Made by a program: the position numbers and the translations under genes. This document shows, piece by piece, positions 63,545 to 64,000 of a stretch of DNA of 64,000 nucleotides. The notes beneath the pieces were generated by a model. It had not been told where the DNA came from, ran no database searches, and saw nothing but the letters and a program-made list of their open reading frames with translations. Position 1 is the stretch's first letter, and the number at the start of each line of letters is the position of its first letter. Source of the stretch: Camelus dromedarius (taxonomy: Eukaryota); the NCBI RefSeq assembly GCF_036321535.1, contig NC_087437.1:55740001-55804000 (forward strand), read 5' to 3'.

Positions 63545-64000
63545 TAATTGAGCTCTACACAGAGTAGCTGTATTTGGATTTGAGTTTTAGCTTCACTGCA
63601 TTTCACACTTCCTGGCTTTGCAAGTGCTATGTCTAATATTTGTTGACACTATTGTCTACCTGATTAATCAACTTTGAATTTATTTGTCTCTCCTGCCCTT
63701 GTCAGTGTTGACTGGAGCTTTTAGGGAGCTCTCTCCTAAATTATGGAATCTTGGACCTCAAAGGAATCTTGACACTTTGTATCAAAACATAAAACATTCT
63801 AGTAAACTCTTCGCAGGCTGTCTTTCTAGGTTTGTGCATTTAAATGCTTTAGTTTTACATTTTGTTCATTATAAGGTACGAATATATTTTACCTCCAAAC
63901 ACTCACTTTCCAGAATCCTTTGGAAGACAGAACAAATGAAATACCTCACAAAATCTGGCTGGGAGAAAAAATGTGATGCTCAATAAATTCTTAAGGTGGA

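Larger units (their letters stand above)
1..64000 (+). other. TP63: Partial TP63 gene body (intron 1 3' part through the intron preceding exon 4)
   Basis: Exons 2, 3 and 3' occur in the expected order on +, with canonical AG/GT ends. Neither exon 1 (MNFETSR...) nor exon 4 (PQYTNLG...) was found in the window. Confidence 0.97.

Noticed and set aside
1..64000. CRISPR-like arrays, operons or other prokaryotic systems
   Set aside because: No regularly spaced repeat-spacer array or dense coding structure; the sequence is clearly mammalian intronic DNA.

Overview
Mammalian (eukaryotic) genomic DNA, very probably from a camelid, judged from two Vic-1-like tRNA-derived SINEs and camelid-type young L1 3' ends. 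The whole window lies inside the TP63 gene on the + strand. It contains the 3' part of intron 1, TAp63 coding exon 2 (12584-12712) and exon 3 (13516-13648), about 38 kb of intron 3, and the internal deltaNp63 promoter (three inverted CCAAT boxes, GC box, TATA). It then contains the deltaN-specific first exon 3' (CDS 51611-51652, MLYLENNAQTQFSE) and about 12 kb of the following intron. Exon 1 and exon 4 are outside the window. The rest is intronic: MIR, L2, L1, MLT1, MER5/MER3/MER2 elements and microsatellites. Nearly all ORF-track entries are chance ORFs or repeat remnants. The most interesting candidate is a stop-free deltaN 5'UTR with an in-frame CUG in strong Kozak context, suggesting a 16-aa N-terminal extension, preceded by a G-quadruplex-capable tract. 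Other candidates are a B-cell-type enhancer motif cluster in intron 1, an L1 with a probable mini 3' transduction, twin-primed L1s, and an inverted L1 pair just upstream of the deltaN promoter. No prokaryote-type system (CRISPR, operon etc.) is present. Repeat family names and boundaries are from visual recognition and are approximate.
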